From assembly GCA_041192805.1 (NCBI GenBank), contig JBEEMF010000086.1, positions 1,169 to 65,168 of the forward strand: a DNA stretch of 64,000 nucleotides. The letters run 5' to 3'. The DNA is from Bacteroidota bacterium. GTDB lineage: Bacteria; Bacteroidota; Bacteroidia; NS11-12g; UBA955. The translations under genes and the position numbers were made by a program. Shown here piece by piece: positions 29,253 to 41,000 of the stretch. The notes below the pieces were generated by a model. That model ran no database searches and was not told where the DNA came from. It saw nothing but the letters and a program-made list of their open reading frames with translations. Each line of letters opens with the position of its first letter. Position 1 is the stretch's first letter.

Positions 29253-29960
29253 TCAAGATTTCAATCGCCAATCTATGGGAGATTTCCCATGCGCCAACAG
29301 CGAATTATTTATCTTGGAAAAGGGCTTAGAACCTAAAAAACCTCGATGCGCCGAAAGCGGACTAGGATGAACGCCACGAAAAATTAAATGCTTACTTTCA
29401 TCAATGAACTCAGCGAATCTTTGCGCTGACTTACCCCATAAAACAAATATTACGAATGGATTTTGGTTTGACAATACAGTGAAAATCATTTCGATAAACC
29501 GCTCCCACCCAAGTTTTTGATGCGATAGTGGCGAACTATCCGACACGGTTAATATCGAATTCAAAAGTAAAACACCCTGACGTGCCCAAGGGGTTAAATC
29601 CCCGCTTTTAGGCGTCTCAATCATTAAATCCGCTTCCAATTCCTTGAAAATATTTCGGAGCGATGGGGGGATTTTAACATCCAATGGAACACTAAACGAT
29701 AAGCCCATGGCTTGATTAGGCTGGTGATATGGATCTTGCCCAAGAATCACGCATTTTACATCATTCAGCGGGGTTAACGTCAATGATCTAAATATTTGAC
29801 TTACAGCCGGATAAACAGACACCCCAGCTATTGAATCAATACGTAATTGCTCTTCAATTTTCGAAAAATCGGAAGGAGAAAACTCATTTAACAAAGCCAG
29901 TTTCCAATCGGCCGATGCTTGCTCAGAAAAAGCCTTAATTAAGAAGCCCTCCTCCATCAA
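29253..29960 (-). CDS. ung: uracil-DNA glycosylase, family 1
   Basis: GQDPYH water-activating loop and HPSPLSA motif. Confidence 0.92.
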   Translation of the reverse strand: MMEEGFLIKAFSEQASADWKLALLNEFSPSDFSKIEEQLRIDSIAGVSVYPAVSQIFRSLTLTPLNDVKCVILGQDPYHQPNQAMGLSFSVPLDVKIPPSLRNIFKELEADLMIETPKSGDLTPWARQGVLLLNSILTVSDSSPLSHQKLGWERFIEMIFTVLSNQNPFVIFVLWGKSAQRFAEFIDESKHLIFRGVHPSPLSAHRGFLGSKPFSKINNSLLAHGKSPIDWRLKS

Positions 29961-29968
29961 AAAAAGTA

Positions 29969-32959
29969 TTAGTTCAGCAAATCTTCCAATTCTTCAATAT
30001 CGAGACTTGCCAATATTGAATCCTCATCGGGAATAACACTCTCGGCCAACGCGGCTTTCTTGGCTTGTAGTGCCAAAATCTTCTCCTCGATTGTATCCTT
30101 AGTGATAAATTTATAGCTAAATACGGGTTTGTCTTGTCCGATGCGATGCGCCCGATCTTCAGCCTGCTTCATCGTAAATGGATTCCACCATGGATCAGCC
30201 AAGAATACATAATCCGCAGCAGTAAGGTTCAAGCCACTGTTTCCTGCCCTCAGACTCAAAAGGAAAACCCTTTTTTCATCGTTGTTTTGAAATAAATCAA
30301 TTTGCACCTGTCTTTCCTTCTCATCCATTGATCCATCCAAGTAACAGTATTCAACACCCTGCTGCTCAAAAATCTCTTCAAACACCTTTAAATAGCCCAC
30401 AAATTGCGAAAAGAACAATACTTTATGTCCATTTGCCACAGCACGAAGCAACATACGCATGATTTCATCATCCTTGCCACTGCTACCCTCGTAATTCACG
30501 TCTTTCAAGGTTGGATTTAAGGCGATCTGACGTAGGTGCATCAAACCGTTAAATATCTTCAATCTCGATTTTGAAATACCCAATTCAGTTACGTGGTTCA
30601 AAATCTCATTGCGATATTGATTTTTTACTGATTCATATAATTCCGCTTGCTCCGGACTCATCTCACAGAAGTGCACCTTTTCGATTTTTGGCGGTAATTC
30701 CTGCATGACTTGCTTTTTCGTACGTCGAAGTACAAATGGATCAATTAACTTACGCAATTCTTCAGTTTTCTGAGGATTAGCACCTTTTTCAATCGGTCTA
30801 ATAAACTGCTTTTCAAAGTAACTATAACTACCCAATAAACCTGGATTCAAGAAATTCATCTGGCTCCAAATATCGAGAAGTGTGTTTTCAATTGGCGTAC
30901 CTGTCAATGCGATTTTATTCCTTGATTGAACCTTCAACAAAGCCCTAGATGTTTGTGATGATGGGTTTTTTATCGCCTGACTTTCATCCAAAACAATGCA
31001 ATTAAATTTGTATTCTCTCAACAATTCCACGTCGTTTCGCATGGTGCCATACGACATAACAACAACATCGAGAACATCAAAACTACCCAATACTTTATTT
31101 CTTGCCAATCCAGAATACAATGCTGCCTTCAGGTCCGGGCAGAACTTAGCGGATTCAGACATCCAATTGTAAAGCAACGATTTAGGCGTAATGATAAGAA
31201 TAGGTCCCATTTTGGTAGTTACGGGTGCCAATGGCCTTCCGTCAGAAGCAATGCTCGGGGTTTCTGGTGCCGTCACTTCAAGCGTTTCACCATTAATGGT
31301 TAATCCCAGTTGTGACCTTGCAATTCTTTCAATTCTGTAAGATGAAGCCAAAACTTGCAAATGTGCTAGCGTTTGAATGGTTTTACCCAATCCCATATCA
31401 TCTGCCAATAATGCCCCGAAATGATTTTGATGCATAAAATTGATCCATCTAAACCCTTCCAATTGATAGTTCCTCAATTCACCCACAAACTGCGAAGGAA
31501 GGTCGATCATTGGAATTTTTCCATGAGCCAGCGCTTCACTCCACTCAGGTGTTGGGGGTGCTTCGTTTAAGTATTCATCTAAATCGCTTAATAACGATAC
31601 ATGTATATTCCTTATGCGATACGACTCATCATGTATGTCGGCAAGATTGACAATTTGTGCGAATTGATCAAACCATTCAGCCGGCAGAATAACAATTTTA
31701 CCATTGGGAAGTGTGTACTCTCTTCTTCTTTCAATGATGTGTTTTCTTAGCTTGATAAATGGAATTTCAAAGCCGTCTAATTTCATTATTGCATGAACAT
31801 CAAACCAATCAATTCCGTTTTTTACGGTGACCAACAATTGAATTGGGCCCAAATAATATTCAGTAGCACATTGTTCCTGCTGGATTTCAAAACCCGAGCG
31901 TTCCAATACAGCCCTGTTTTCATTGATCCACGAAATGACATCTACTGCATTAGAATCTTCATTTTGCAAACTAAAAATACTGCCATTGGTTTGCTTCAAC
32001 CCCAATTCTTTCAAACTCTCAATCTTTTCTTTTTCAACTGAATACAACCTCTTGATTCTATGAAAGGTGTAAGTATTTTCCGTTGATTCCAATCTTACGT
32101 TCACCTTCTTGTTGACATGATACGGAAATACCCAATCACCGTACTGCATGTACAATATGATGTGTGGATTTTCCCAACTTGATGTCAATTTCAACACCGG
32201 TTTCACTTCCAATTGGTCCGTAACAATATCAAAACCCAAAGCAAATACATCGTGGTTTTCCAACAATGGGCCGACAAACTTCTGCATGTAGGCTGCTTCT
32301 TGATGCGGATCGATATGGATAAACTTCTTTTTAAGGAAAGGCTTTATTTTCTTACCTTCAACATTGGCTCCGAAGAACAACAACTTGGTGGGTGTCAATA
32401 ACCAGGCAGGTTGGGATGTCAATAATTCGCTTTCAGGATCACAAAAATGAACTTTCTCGTCACGATGCTTGATTGTAACAAAGTAGTTCATTCCCTCTTC
32501 ATCCCTTCTAAAATGAAACAAAGGTGTTGATGGCTCATTATGAAACTCAATCAAGCTACCCATGGGCTCGCCGGTTTTACCCGCCCAATACATGTGATAG
32601 TTTTTGATTTCACGAAGAATTTTTAACAATTCCTTTTCAACAAATTCTAAAACTGTTTTTTTGGTTTCTTCATCAAAGCTTTTAATATAGAAATCCACGG
32701 CTTTGATTTTTTTAGTCCCCTTGTAAAACCTCTTTTTGATAGCTTCGTCTTCAAGGCCTTCAATAATCTCAACTACGTGCTTTTGCTCTGGATTTAATCC
32801 AAAGTAATCCGCGGTTTTTTCTCTAATTCGTTGATATGTCAATGATGGATTACCATTCTCCAACAACTGCACTGCATTCGCCTCTACCAAAACACCCAGA
32901 TTTGGATGTCTTGTGAAGGTGAATACGACCTCAAACGGCTTGGTGTTAATTACCTCCAT
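29969..32959 (-). CDS. SNF2-family helicase/translocase with ~480-aa uncharacterized N-terminal region
   Basis: DDMGLGKTIQT (motif I), LDESQAIKN (motif II) and a C-terminal helicase block QAEDRAHRIGQ. Confidence 0.88.
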   Translation of the reverse strand: MEVINTKPFEVVFTFTRHPNLGVLVEANAVQLLENGNPSLTYQRIREKTADYFGLNPEQKHVVEIIEGLEDEAIKKRFYKGTKKIKAVDFYIKSFDEETKKTVLEFVEKELLKILREIKNYHMYWAGKTGEPMGSLIEFHNEPSTPLFHFRRDEEGMNYFVTIKHRDEKVHFCDPESELLTSQPAWLLTPTKLLFFGANVEGKKIKPFLKKKFIHIDPHQEAAYMQKFVGPLLENHDVFALGFDIVTDQLEVKPVLKLTSSWENPHIILYMQYGDWVFPYHVNKKVNVRLESTENTYTFHRIKRLYSVEKEKIESLKELGLKQTNGSIFSLQNEDSNAVDVISWINENRAVLERSGFEIQQEQCATEYYLGPIQLLVTVKNGIDWFDVHAIMKLDGFEIPFIKLRKHIIERRREYTLPNGKIVILPAEWFDQFAQIVNLADIHDESYRIRNIHVSLLSDLDEYLNEAPPTPEWSEALAHGKIPMIDLPSQFVGELRNYQLEGFRWINFMHQNHFGALLADDMGLGKTIQTLAHLQVLASSYRIERIARSQLGLTINGETLEVTAPETPSIASDGRPLAPVTTKMGPILIITPKSLLYNWMSESAKFCPDLKAALYSGLARNKVLGSFDVLDVVVMSYGTMRNDVELLREYKFNCIVLDESQAIKNPSSQTSRALLKVQSRNKIALTGTPIENTLLDIWSQMNFLNPGLLGSYSYFEKQFIRPIEKGANPQKTEELRKLIDPFVLRRTKKQVMQELPPKIEKVHFCEMSPEQAELYESVKNQYRNEILNHVTELGISKSRLKIFNGLMHLRQIALNPTLKDVNYEGSSGKDDEIMRMLLRAVANGHKVLFFSQFVGYLKVFEEIFEQQGVEYCYLDGSMDEKERQVQIDLFQNNDEKRVFLLSLRAGNSGLNLTAADYVFLADPWWNPFTMKQAEDRAHRIGQDKPVFSYKFITKDTIEEKILALQAKKAALAESVIPDEDSILASLDIEELEDLLN

Positions 32960-33050
32960 CTATTGATTTTTCTAAATAAACCCGCAATTTACAACCGAAT
33001 CAAGGGTCAACCAAAAATACTTTGTATATATGGGGTAATTCAATTCAAAC

Positions 33051-33560
33051 ATGGTAGTTTCGCGACAAATGGCACTGGAAAACAACATAATCGACTGGAA
33101 AAGTCTGTCAAAACAAGAAAAATATGCGGCGCTTCATACCCAATGGAATGGTTTAATGGACACTAAAGTGGATTTGGTTGCCAATTTGTCCAACGCCACT
33201 GCATTAATGAAAACCATTTTTCAGTGGTGGTGGGTGGGATTTTACAGGGTAGATGGCAAAATACTAATGTTGGCCCCATTTCAAGGTCCGCCTGCCTGTA
33301 CAACAATAGAATTGGGCAAAGGTGTTTGTGGGTCCGCTTGGCAACAAGCCACTACCCTTGTGGTTCCTGATGTTGACGTATTCCCTGGCCACATCGCATG
33401 CAGCTCAGAAAGCAAAAGCGAAATCGTGATTCCGATTCACACATCAACCGGTGAGATTTGGGGAGTATTGGATGTTGATAGTCAGCATTTAAGCCATTTC
33501 GACGCGATCGACCAAATAGAATTAGAGAAATTTTGTCGTTCTTTGGAAATCATCCTCTGA
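33051..33560 (+). CDS. msrC: GAF-domain free methionine-(R)-sulfoxide reductase-like protein
   Basis: 169 aa. GKGVCGSAW...PDVDVFPGHIACSSESKSEIVIPI matches the fRMsr/YebR pattern. The start could be Met7 (33069). Confidence 0.65.
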   Translation: MVVSRQMALENNIIDWKSLSKQEKYAALHTQWNGLMDTKVDLVANLSNATALMKTIFQWWWVGFYRVDGKILMLAPFQGPPACTTIELGKGVCGSAWQQATTLVVPDVDVFPGHIACSSESKSEIVIPIHTSTGEIWGVLDVDSQHLSHFDAIDQIELEKFCRSLEIIL

Positions 33561-33561
33561 A

Positions 33562-34905
33562 ATGAAAAAACAAAAAAACCTCGCCCTACTCATTACCGTG
33601 GCATCATTGGGCTATTTTGTCGACATATACGACCTAATCCTTTTCAACATAATCAAGAAGGACAGTCTTTCATCGTTAAATATCGATGTAAATATGTATG
33701 AAACCGTTCTTTTCCGATGGCAGATGGCTGGCATGTTGATTGGAGGACTAATTTGGGGAATTCTCGGAGATATCAAAGGTCGTGTTAGTGTGCTATTTGG
33801 CTCAATTTTACTTTATAGTATTGCAAATATAGCAAACGCATTTGTTACCACTGTTGAGGCATATAAATTTTGGCGCTTATTGGCTGGAATTGGATTGGCT
33901 GGTGAATTGGGTGCGGCAATCACGCTAGTAAGTGAGTTGATGCCCAAGAACAAACGAGGTTTAGGCACCATGATTATCGTCACCTTTGGGGCTTTGGGCG
34001 CTGTATTCGCTTTTTTTATCGCAAAAAATGGAGCCTTTATTACTCATATAATTAGCGATGTTATCGGTACCAAATTGGAAAATTGGCAAACGGCTTACAT
34101 CGTTGGCGGCGTGTTAGGTCTTCTATTGTTGTTGATGCGTGCAGGGACCTTTGAAAGCGCTTTATTCGAAAATGCGACCACCACTAAGGTGAAACGAGGA
34201 AATTTCTTCATGCTATTCCGAAAAGCACATTTCAAGAAGTATATGGCTTGTATTGTGATAGGTCTACCTGTATGGTTTGTTGTAGGGGTTCTCATCGCTT
34301 TGTCGCATAAGTTTTTCCCGGAAATATTGGGTTTATCAACCTCTACCGCAGATGGAGAAATATTGAAAACACTCTCCGTTCCTACCCCAGAAATGGTGAT
34401 GTGGAGCTATGTGGGTCTGAGTACCGGTGATTTGCTGTCGGGTTTATTGAGTCAGCTTTTTCGCAGCAGAAAGAAGGTAATCTATCTAAACCTCATGGGC
34501 ATCGCAGTCATGACCTTAGTCTACCTCTATGGCCCTGCGGGAAGTCAAAACTATTATCGCATGATTGCCTTTTTATTGGGCGCTGTCACTGGATATTGGG
34601 CGATTTTTGTCACCAATGCATCCGAGCAGTTTGGAACCAACATTCGTAGTACTGTAGCGGCTACCGTACCCAATTTTGTTAGAGGTGGCGTTTTATTGAT
34701 TACCATGGGATTTGAGTACTTCTCTTCAACCTTCCATTCAAACAATCAATTTGACGGCCGAACCTTTACTATTGCAGCATTAATTATCGGGGCAATCTGC
34801 TTAACGCTAGCATTTTGGGGGACTTACAATGTTGAAGAAGCCTTTCATAAGGACTTGGATTATTTTGAACACGACGAGGTTTCAGCTCAATCAAGCGATA
34901 ATTGA
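33562..34905 (+). CDS. MFS transporter
   Basis: 447 aa, about 12 TM segments, with an MFS loop motif GDIKGR. ATG lies 1 nt after the upstream stop. Confidence 0.75.
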   Translation: MKKQKNLALLITVASLGYFVDIYDLILFNIIKKDSLSSLNIDVNMYETVLFRWQMAGMLIGGLIWGILGDIKGRVSVLFGSILLYSIANIANAFVTTVEAYKFWRLLAGIGLAGELGAAITLVSELMPKNKRGLGTMIIVTFGALGAVFAFFIAKNGAFITHIISDVIGTKLENWQTAYIVGGVLGLLLLLMRAGTFESALFENATTTKVKRGNFFMLFRKAHFKKYMACIVIGLPVWFVVGVLIALSHKFFPEILGLSTSTADGEILKTLSVPTPEMVMWSYVGLSTGDLLSGLLSQLFRSRKKVIYLNLMGIAVMTLVYLYGPAGSQNYYRMIAFLLGAVTGYWAIFVTNASEQFGTNIRSTVAATVPNFVRGGVLLITMGFEYFSSTFHSNNQFDGRTFTIAALIIGAICLTLAFWGTYNVEEAFHKDLDYFEHDEVSAQSSDN

Positions 34906-34969
34906 CATCGCTTAGAGGATTAATTCGTAACTTTACGGATATTTTCATAGTTACTAGATCCCATTCAAA

Positions 34970-37078
34970 TTGTCGAACCGCAGTAAAATCACCTTCCCAG
35001 AACGTATTGTTCTGGCAATATTAGAAAACGATGGCAAAGGCGCCGTCAATGCTTCACAGGTTTTCAATAAAATACCAGCCGAAGCAAACTTCACCAAAGA
35101 AATGGTGCATCAAGCACTACTCAAATTGGCCAATCGCGGACTTGTTAAAGAGCCATCTGCCGGAGTTTTCGCCCCTATCAGACCTACCCTGAGATCAGAA
35201 GGAGAACTCGTATTATCCAACCGTGGGGATTACTATGTTCGCCTAGAATTGGATGGAGAACTTCAACAGATTTACATGGACAACGACATGGTAGGTAAAA
35301 TGCTACCCGGTGATCGTGTTCGCTGCGAAGTAAAAACCAAAGGCAAACGCTCCTACATCAAATCGCTGTCTTTGATTGAACGTGTCCCTCAACGATACTC
35401 AGCCGTTTTGGATATATTCGAGAAAAACGTATTTGGATTGTTGCAGAAAAACGGCTTAAAAGACATCAAAATCATTGGTCAAGTAGACCCCAAGAATGAC
35501 GGCCACAAAGCAATAATCGAGGTTTACGACTTCCCACCCAATGCCAGGAACCCTATCGGAAGAATCGTCGAAATCCTAGGACCCGTGGGCGAAGCCGATA
35601 CAGAAATGCATGCCATTGTCGCCGAGTTTGGCTTCAGCACACGCTTTCCGGAAGATACATTAGAAGAATGCGATGCCATCCCCAACGAAATCACTTCAAA
35701 GGACTGGGGAGAGCGTAAAGATTTACGCGATATTTTCTGTATTACGATTGACCCTGCCGATGCAAAGGATTTTGATGATGCGATTTCTTTAGAATACGAT
35801 ACCGAAGGCAATTACTTGTTGGGAGTGCATATCGCCGATGTTTCGCATTTTGTGACCCCAGGCAGCGCCATCGATCGCGAAGCTTTACAACGAGGCACTT
35901 CGGTTTACTTGGTAGATCGCACAATACCGATGTTACCAGAAAAATTAAGCAATGATCTGTGTTCCTTGAAGCCACATGTGGATCGTTTGGCTTTCAGTGT
36001 GATATTTACGATTGATAAAGAATTGAACGTTTTGGGTGAGTGGTTTGGAAAGACCGTTATCAACAGTAAGCGCAGATTTGCTTACGAAGAGGCCCAAGAT
36101 GTGATCGTTAATCAAGCGGGTGATTATGTTTCTGAATTAACAACATTGAATCGCATCGCCAAGCATTTTGAGGTATTGAGGTTTCAAAAAGGAGCGTTAA
36201 AATTTGAGTCGAAGGAGATTCGTTTCCGTTTTGATGCCAACAAAAAACCTATCGAAGCCTATGTAAAAACGAGATTTGATGCACATTTGCTGATTGAAAC
36301 GTTTATGTTGATGGCCAACCAAGCTGTTGCGAAACATGTCAAAATGCTTAAGAAACCAGAGTTGCCATTTATTTATCGTTCCCACGACTTACCTCCACAG
36401 GACAAGTTGTTGGAGTTTGCGAAATTTTGTAAGTTGATGGGATATCCAATAAACATCGACAATGAGCTCCAAATGCGGAAGTCTTTTAACGATTTGATGG
36501 AAAGAACCCAAGGCGACCCAAATGGCGAAATACTGCAACAAATGGCCATCAGAACCATGTCGAAGGCTGTTTACACAGCGTATCGCTCAGATCACTTCGG
36601 TTTGGCTTTTGAGAATTACACCCACTTCACCTCTCCTATTCGTCGATATCCAGATTTATTGGTGCACCGATTATTGCAGCAATATTTGAGCAACCCTGCA
36701 CCGGTTATGAGTGAGTCTCAAATTGAATTGATTGCCAAGCACAGCAGCAACATGGAGCAGAAAGCGGCGGAGGCCGAAAGAGCGAGCACAAAGTATACAC
36801 TGGCTTTGATGATGGAGCAGCACATTGGTAAAACGATGGATGCTACCATTACTGGGATTACGGAATGGGGCATTTATGCGATGGCTACTGAATATCATTG
36901 CGAAGGATTAATTCGTATGTCTGATATCAAAACCGATCGCTTCACCTATTACGAGGCTGAAAAGAAATTGGTGGGTCAAAGAACACGCCGTAGTTATCAT
37001 ATGGGCGACCCGATTACGGTTTCTGTGAAAAAAACTGACGCACAAAAAAGAATAATTGACTTTTATTTGTTGGATTAA
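34970..37078 (+). CDS. rnr: ribonuclease R (RNB family 3'-5' exoribonuclease)
   Basis: RNB catalytic blocks (ITIDPADAKDFDDAIS, SPIRRYPDLLVHR) and a C-terminal S1-like domain. Apparent TTG start. Confidence 0.88.
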   Translation: MSNRSKITFPERIVLAILENDGKGAVNASQVFNKIPAEANFTKEMVHQALLKLANRGLVKEPSAGVFAPIRPTLRSEGELVLSNRGDYYVRLELDGELQQIYMDNDMVGKMLPGDRVRCEVKTKGKRSYIKSLSLIERVPQRYSAVLDIFEKNVFGLLQKNGLKDIKIIGQVDPKNDGHKAIIEVYDFPPNARNPIGRIVEILGPVGEADTEMHAIVAEFGFSTRFPEDTLEECDAIPNEITSKDWGERKDLRDIFCITIDPADAKDFDDAISLEYDTEGNYLLGVHIADVSHFVTPGSAIDREALQRGTSVYLVDRTIPMLPEKLSNDLCSLKPHVDRLAFSVIFTIDKELNVLGEWFGKTVINSKRRFAYEEAQDVIVNQAGDYVSELTTLNRIAKHFEVLRFQKGALKFESKEIRFRFDANKKPIEAYVKTRFDAHLLIETFMLMANQAVAKHVKMLKKPELPFIYRSHDLPPQDKLLEFAKFCKLMGYPINIDNELQMRKSFNDLMERTQGDPNGEILQQMAIRTMSKAVYTAYRSDHFGLAFENYTHFTSPIRRYPDLLVHRLLQQYLSNPAPVMSESQIELIAKHSSNMEQKAAEAERASTKYTLALMMEQHIGKTMDATITGITEWGIYAMATEYHCEGLIRMSDIKTDRFTYYEAEKKLVGQRTRRSYHMGDPITVSVKKTDAQKRIIDFYLLD

Positions 37079-37079
37079 T

Positions 37080-38033
37080 ATGAGTATTGCAACGCACCTA
37101 GAAAACTATTTAGATTATTTGCGAAAGAATCCCTTTCAGGGCAGTCCAAATAATTTGTACGACCCCATGAATTACATCATGAATTTGGGTGGCAAAAGAG
37201 TTAGGCCAGTGCTTTGTTTGATTGGCGCGGAGAGTTGTGGTGGCTATACGGTGGATGCGATGCCGGTGGCCCATGCAATTGAGATTTTTCACAATTTCAG
37301 TTTGGTACACGACGATATTATGGACCGGGCGGATCAGCGTCGCGGATTGGCTACCGTACACAAGAAGTGGAATGAGCCCACAGCGATTTTGGCCGGAGAT
37401 AATTTATTGGTAAAAGCCTATGAATCCATATTGGCCTATGGCGGACCCAATAAAGATGCAATCTTGACATTGTTTTCTAGAACAGCTACTGAGGTGTGTG
37501 AAGGTCAGCAAGACGATATGGATTTTGCCGAGCGAAACGAAGTGAGCGAGGCGGATTATCTGCATATGATCCAAAATAAAACGGCTGTATTGTTGGGTTG
37601 TAGTTTGGCCGCAGGCGCACTTACCGCCGATGCCAGTAAGGATATGGTTGAGAAATTATACCAATTCGCAATTGCTGTTGGGATGAGTTTTCAGTTGATG
37701 GACGACTATTTGGATGCCTTTGGAACATCAAACAAGGTGGGCAAAGTAATTGGCGGGGATATCATGGAAGGCAAAAAGACTTGGCTTTACATCAAATCAT
37801 TGGAACATGATGCCACAACTACCAATCAGTGGTTTGGTGAATTGGAAGGTCAAAATCGAGCAGATGCTGTGATTGAAGGTTGGAAAACGTGGGGGCTTGA
37901 TATTAAAATTTTGGATAAAAGTGCTGAATATGGCAAAGCAGCCAAGGCTATTATCCAAGAATTGGCAGACATAGGTGTGGAGACGCAGGGACTACAAAAC
38001 CTTCTTGACTATTTGCAAGACCGAACACACTAA
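37080..38033 (+). CDS. polyprenyl diphosphate synthase (trans-IPPS, GGPP/FPP synthase-like)
   Basis: First and second Asp-rich motifs LVHDDIMD and LMDDYLD. ATG 37080 lies 1 nt after the rnr stop. The ORF-track start 37056 overlaps rnr. Confidence 0.85.
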   Translation: MSIATHLENYLDYLRKNPFQGSPNNLYDPMNYIMNLGGKRVRPVLCLIGAESCGGYTVDAMPVAHAIEIFHNFSLVHDDIMDRADQRRGLATVHKKWNEPTAILAGDNLLVKAYESILAYGGPNKDAILTLFSRTATEVCEGQQDDMDFAERNEVSEADYLHMIQNKTAVLLGCSLAAGALTADASKDMVEKLYQFAIAVGMSFQLMDDYLDAFGTSNKVGKVIGGDIMEGKKTWLYIKSLEHDATTTNQWFGELEGQNRADAVIEGWKTWGLDIKILDKSAEYGKAAKAIIQELADIGVETQGLQNLLDYLQDRTH

Positions 38034-38036
38034 CAG

Positions 38037-41000
38037 TTAGTGTATTACCGTTACCGTACCAACCTTTTCGTACGTTTTTTTATCCCACCCCTTGAAAATA
38101 AGGTACCACGCATAAACCCCATCTGGGATTTCATTGGATTGATACTGGCAATCCCATTGATTCTTTTTGTAGGTGCTTTCCCAAATCTTCTGCCCGTAAC
38201 GATTGTAGACTTTCATCTCATATTCCTTAACAAACAACGGGAAAGTGCCCCAGACATCGTTTAAACCATCCTTATTACGCGTAATCCCACTGGGCACCCA
38301 AACTTCTGGTGGTTGAATCAAATAGATCCAATTGCTTTCGCTGTAAGATTGTTCTGCAGCCATCAACTGGTTTCGATGCGCTGTCACACGATATAAGTAT
38401 CCGCCATAATCGTAGTCCAACTTATCATCATGATAGCTTTGAACTAGTATAGAAGGGGCAATTACAGAAAAAGCGTGATCATCGTCTTTCCGCTCCAATG
38501 TCCAATCTCTCACGCCATCAGCCCATCCTTGATAATCCATCCAATTTAAGTCGAAATAGTAATCAGGCGCTTCCTTCGACGTGCCACCCAACACCACATT
38601 ACATCCTTCATTACTTCCAGAGCTTACATGACCACATTGATCTGAAACCATTATCTGGTAACAGTAGGACCGATCATCGACATTAAAAGACGAATCGCGA
38701 TAAAACGTATCCGTAGTAATAGCAAAAGGCACGTTGGTAAATTTCCCACCTCTTGGAATCCGATAGAGTTCATACTCCTTAAAATCAGGTTCTTTACTCG
38801 TGCCCCAACGAATCTCTGAATATCGGTCATTTACGATGGTCGTAGTATACAAAGGAACACCAGCGATGGGCGTATTCAATTCCGTAACGGTACAGAAAAT
38901 GTTTTTCGCAAACACTTGGACGTCGCAAATATTCACACCAATGAGTTCATAGCAATAATTATTCTGCCTTGGATTCACCACATTCCCATCCACATAAACT
39001 CCAGCTGCACCGCTTCGGATCGTATCAAGGATTTTGATTGACCCATCAGGATTGGTTCTACGAAGTAGGAAATATTTAAAGAATGAACCTGGTGTTGCGA
39101 TGGTATTCCAGGAGATCGACATTTTAGATGTTTGTCGGTCAAAACTCACACAAATGGCATCAGGTGGAATTACCTTAGGTGGTTCTGTAACTAGCAATTT
39201 GATTCTAGCATAGGTAGTATCGGCCTTTGGGCAACCACGATCCATTACCATAACAAGTATTTCAACGGTATCCTTTGAGAAACTGCTACAAATGGTTTTC
39301 CAATCTAACTTTAAGGTTGCTGAACCAATGCCTGGGATTAATGTCAGCTTTGCCGTATCCGTGCCCATCATTCCACCCTTCTTCAACAATTTGGCTCTCA
39401 GATACATTGTATCAAAAGGATCAGGGTCGATTCCTTTTATTTGAAAATTGATTGACTGGGTAGCGATGACTTGAACGAAAGTATCTTTCAGCCGAGGTTT
39501 TAAATTGAGGTTCTCAAAGTCGATTTTAAACAGCGCATTGTTACAATTATTGCTATTCATTGTCCGACTGTAAGCCGTTGGCGTGGTTGGAAACAATCCA
39601 TTTCTTCTGCAGCCCGCACAAACGGATTGGTAGATAATTCCTTTTGAATCAAACCGAGAGGTCCCGCCATCTACGTGTTCTTCGGCTGTTTTTCCTGGAG
39701 TGCTCACACCGCCAAAGTAGGTGGCATAGGCCAATGAGTAAAAGTTCTTAGAGAATACGGCGAGATAGAAATCACTGCCATCGGTATTTTTCTGTGCGGC
39801 ATCCACCGTAGTTAACAATCCAGTTGTACGTCCTTTATTTCGATGTTGTTTTGGAGTTCCCGTATTTACATCATACAAAGCAGAATTGGTACTCCCACCC
39901 CATCCAGAAACAAAAATCCTTTCACATCGATCAACCAAAAAAGCACTTGGGCTAATGTTGGGATAGATTGTATTGCCTGTATTGTAACCGAAGGTGGTTT
40001 GCATATCAACGGAAGAAAGATCCACGGAATAGCAAGAAATATACTGACCGCCGCCTGGTTGATAGAATTTGGCGTTCACATTGGGCATATTGGCTTCGGT
40101 CTGTCCGTAAATATAAGGTTTGCCGGTGAGTCCAGTTTGCACGAAATGGGCTTGCTCATACAGCGATGTGCCATGGTAGCGTCCTTGAATAACATCACCC
40201 GTATATTTATCCAATCGCATCAATATCGCATCGGCCATCCCCCCTTGATAATCGTTTATCCATTTGGAACCAATTATAGTTTTCAAATTACTACTGGAAC
40301 TGCCACCGCTTACATACACATCATTTGCTTTACCCAAAGCAATACCATAAAGTGCATCGTACCCAACGCCACCAAACTGTTGCGACCATTTTAGAATGGT
40401 AAGGGAATTATTCAAGCAAAAAACAACCGCATCGGACTTACCACCATAGACCCCGTTGCCGGTCCTCGGGAAATTCATACTATATGTGATCCCGGAAACA
40501 TAAATATTTTTTTGATCGGTGATAATCTCACCGCGAAACTCATCGGCATAATTATAAATCAGGGGAAAGTCATCAACACTTACGCCAGCTTCCGATCTAT
40601 CAGCGCCAACAGCATCCAAGCCACTGCCTCCAAAAAAAGTAGAAGCCATAATAGATGTTCCTGAAGGGTTAAACTTGGTGACAAAGAAATCGTACCCGCC
40701 ATTGTGCGAATTATCATACTGACCCTTGTTGCCCATAGGAAAATCTGTGCTTCGGGTTGAGCCCATCACGTATAAGTTATCCAACGAATCCGTCACCATG
40801 GAATGCGGTTGCTCATTGTTGGAACCACCTAGATAAGTACAAAATAGCAATTTGTCGCCCGTTGAATTGAACTTCAAAATAGCGGCATCTCTAGAACCAC
40901 CATAGCCCAAATCTTCTGACACGCCATCGCCAAAGGTTGTTTGTGCAGCGCCTGGGGTTATGGGCAGTCCGATATCAAAAACGGTACCTCCCGCGTAGCC

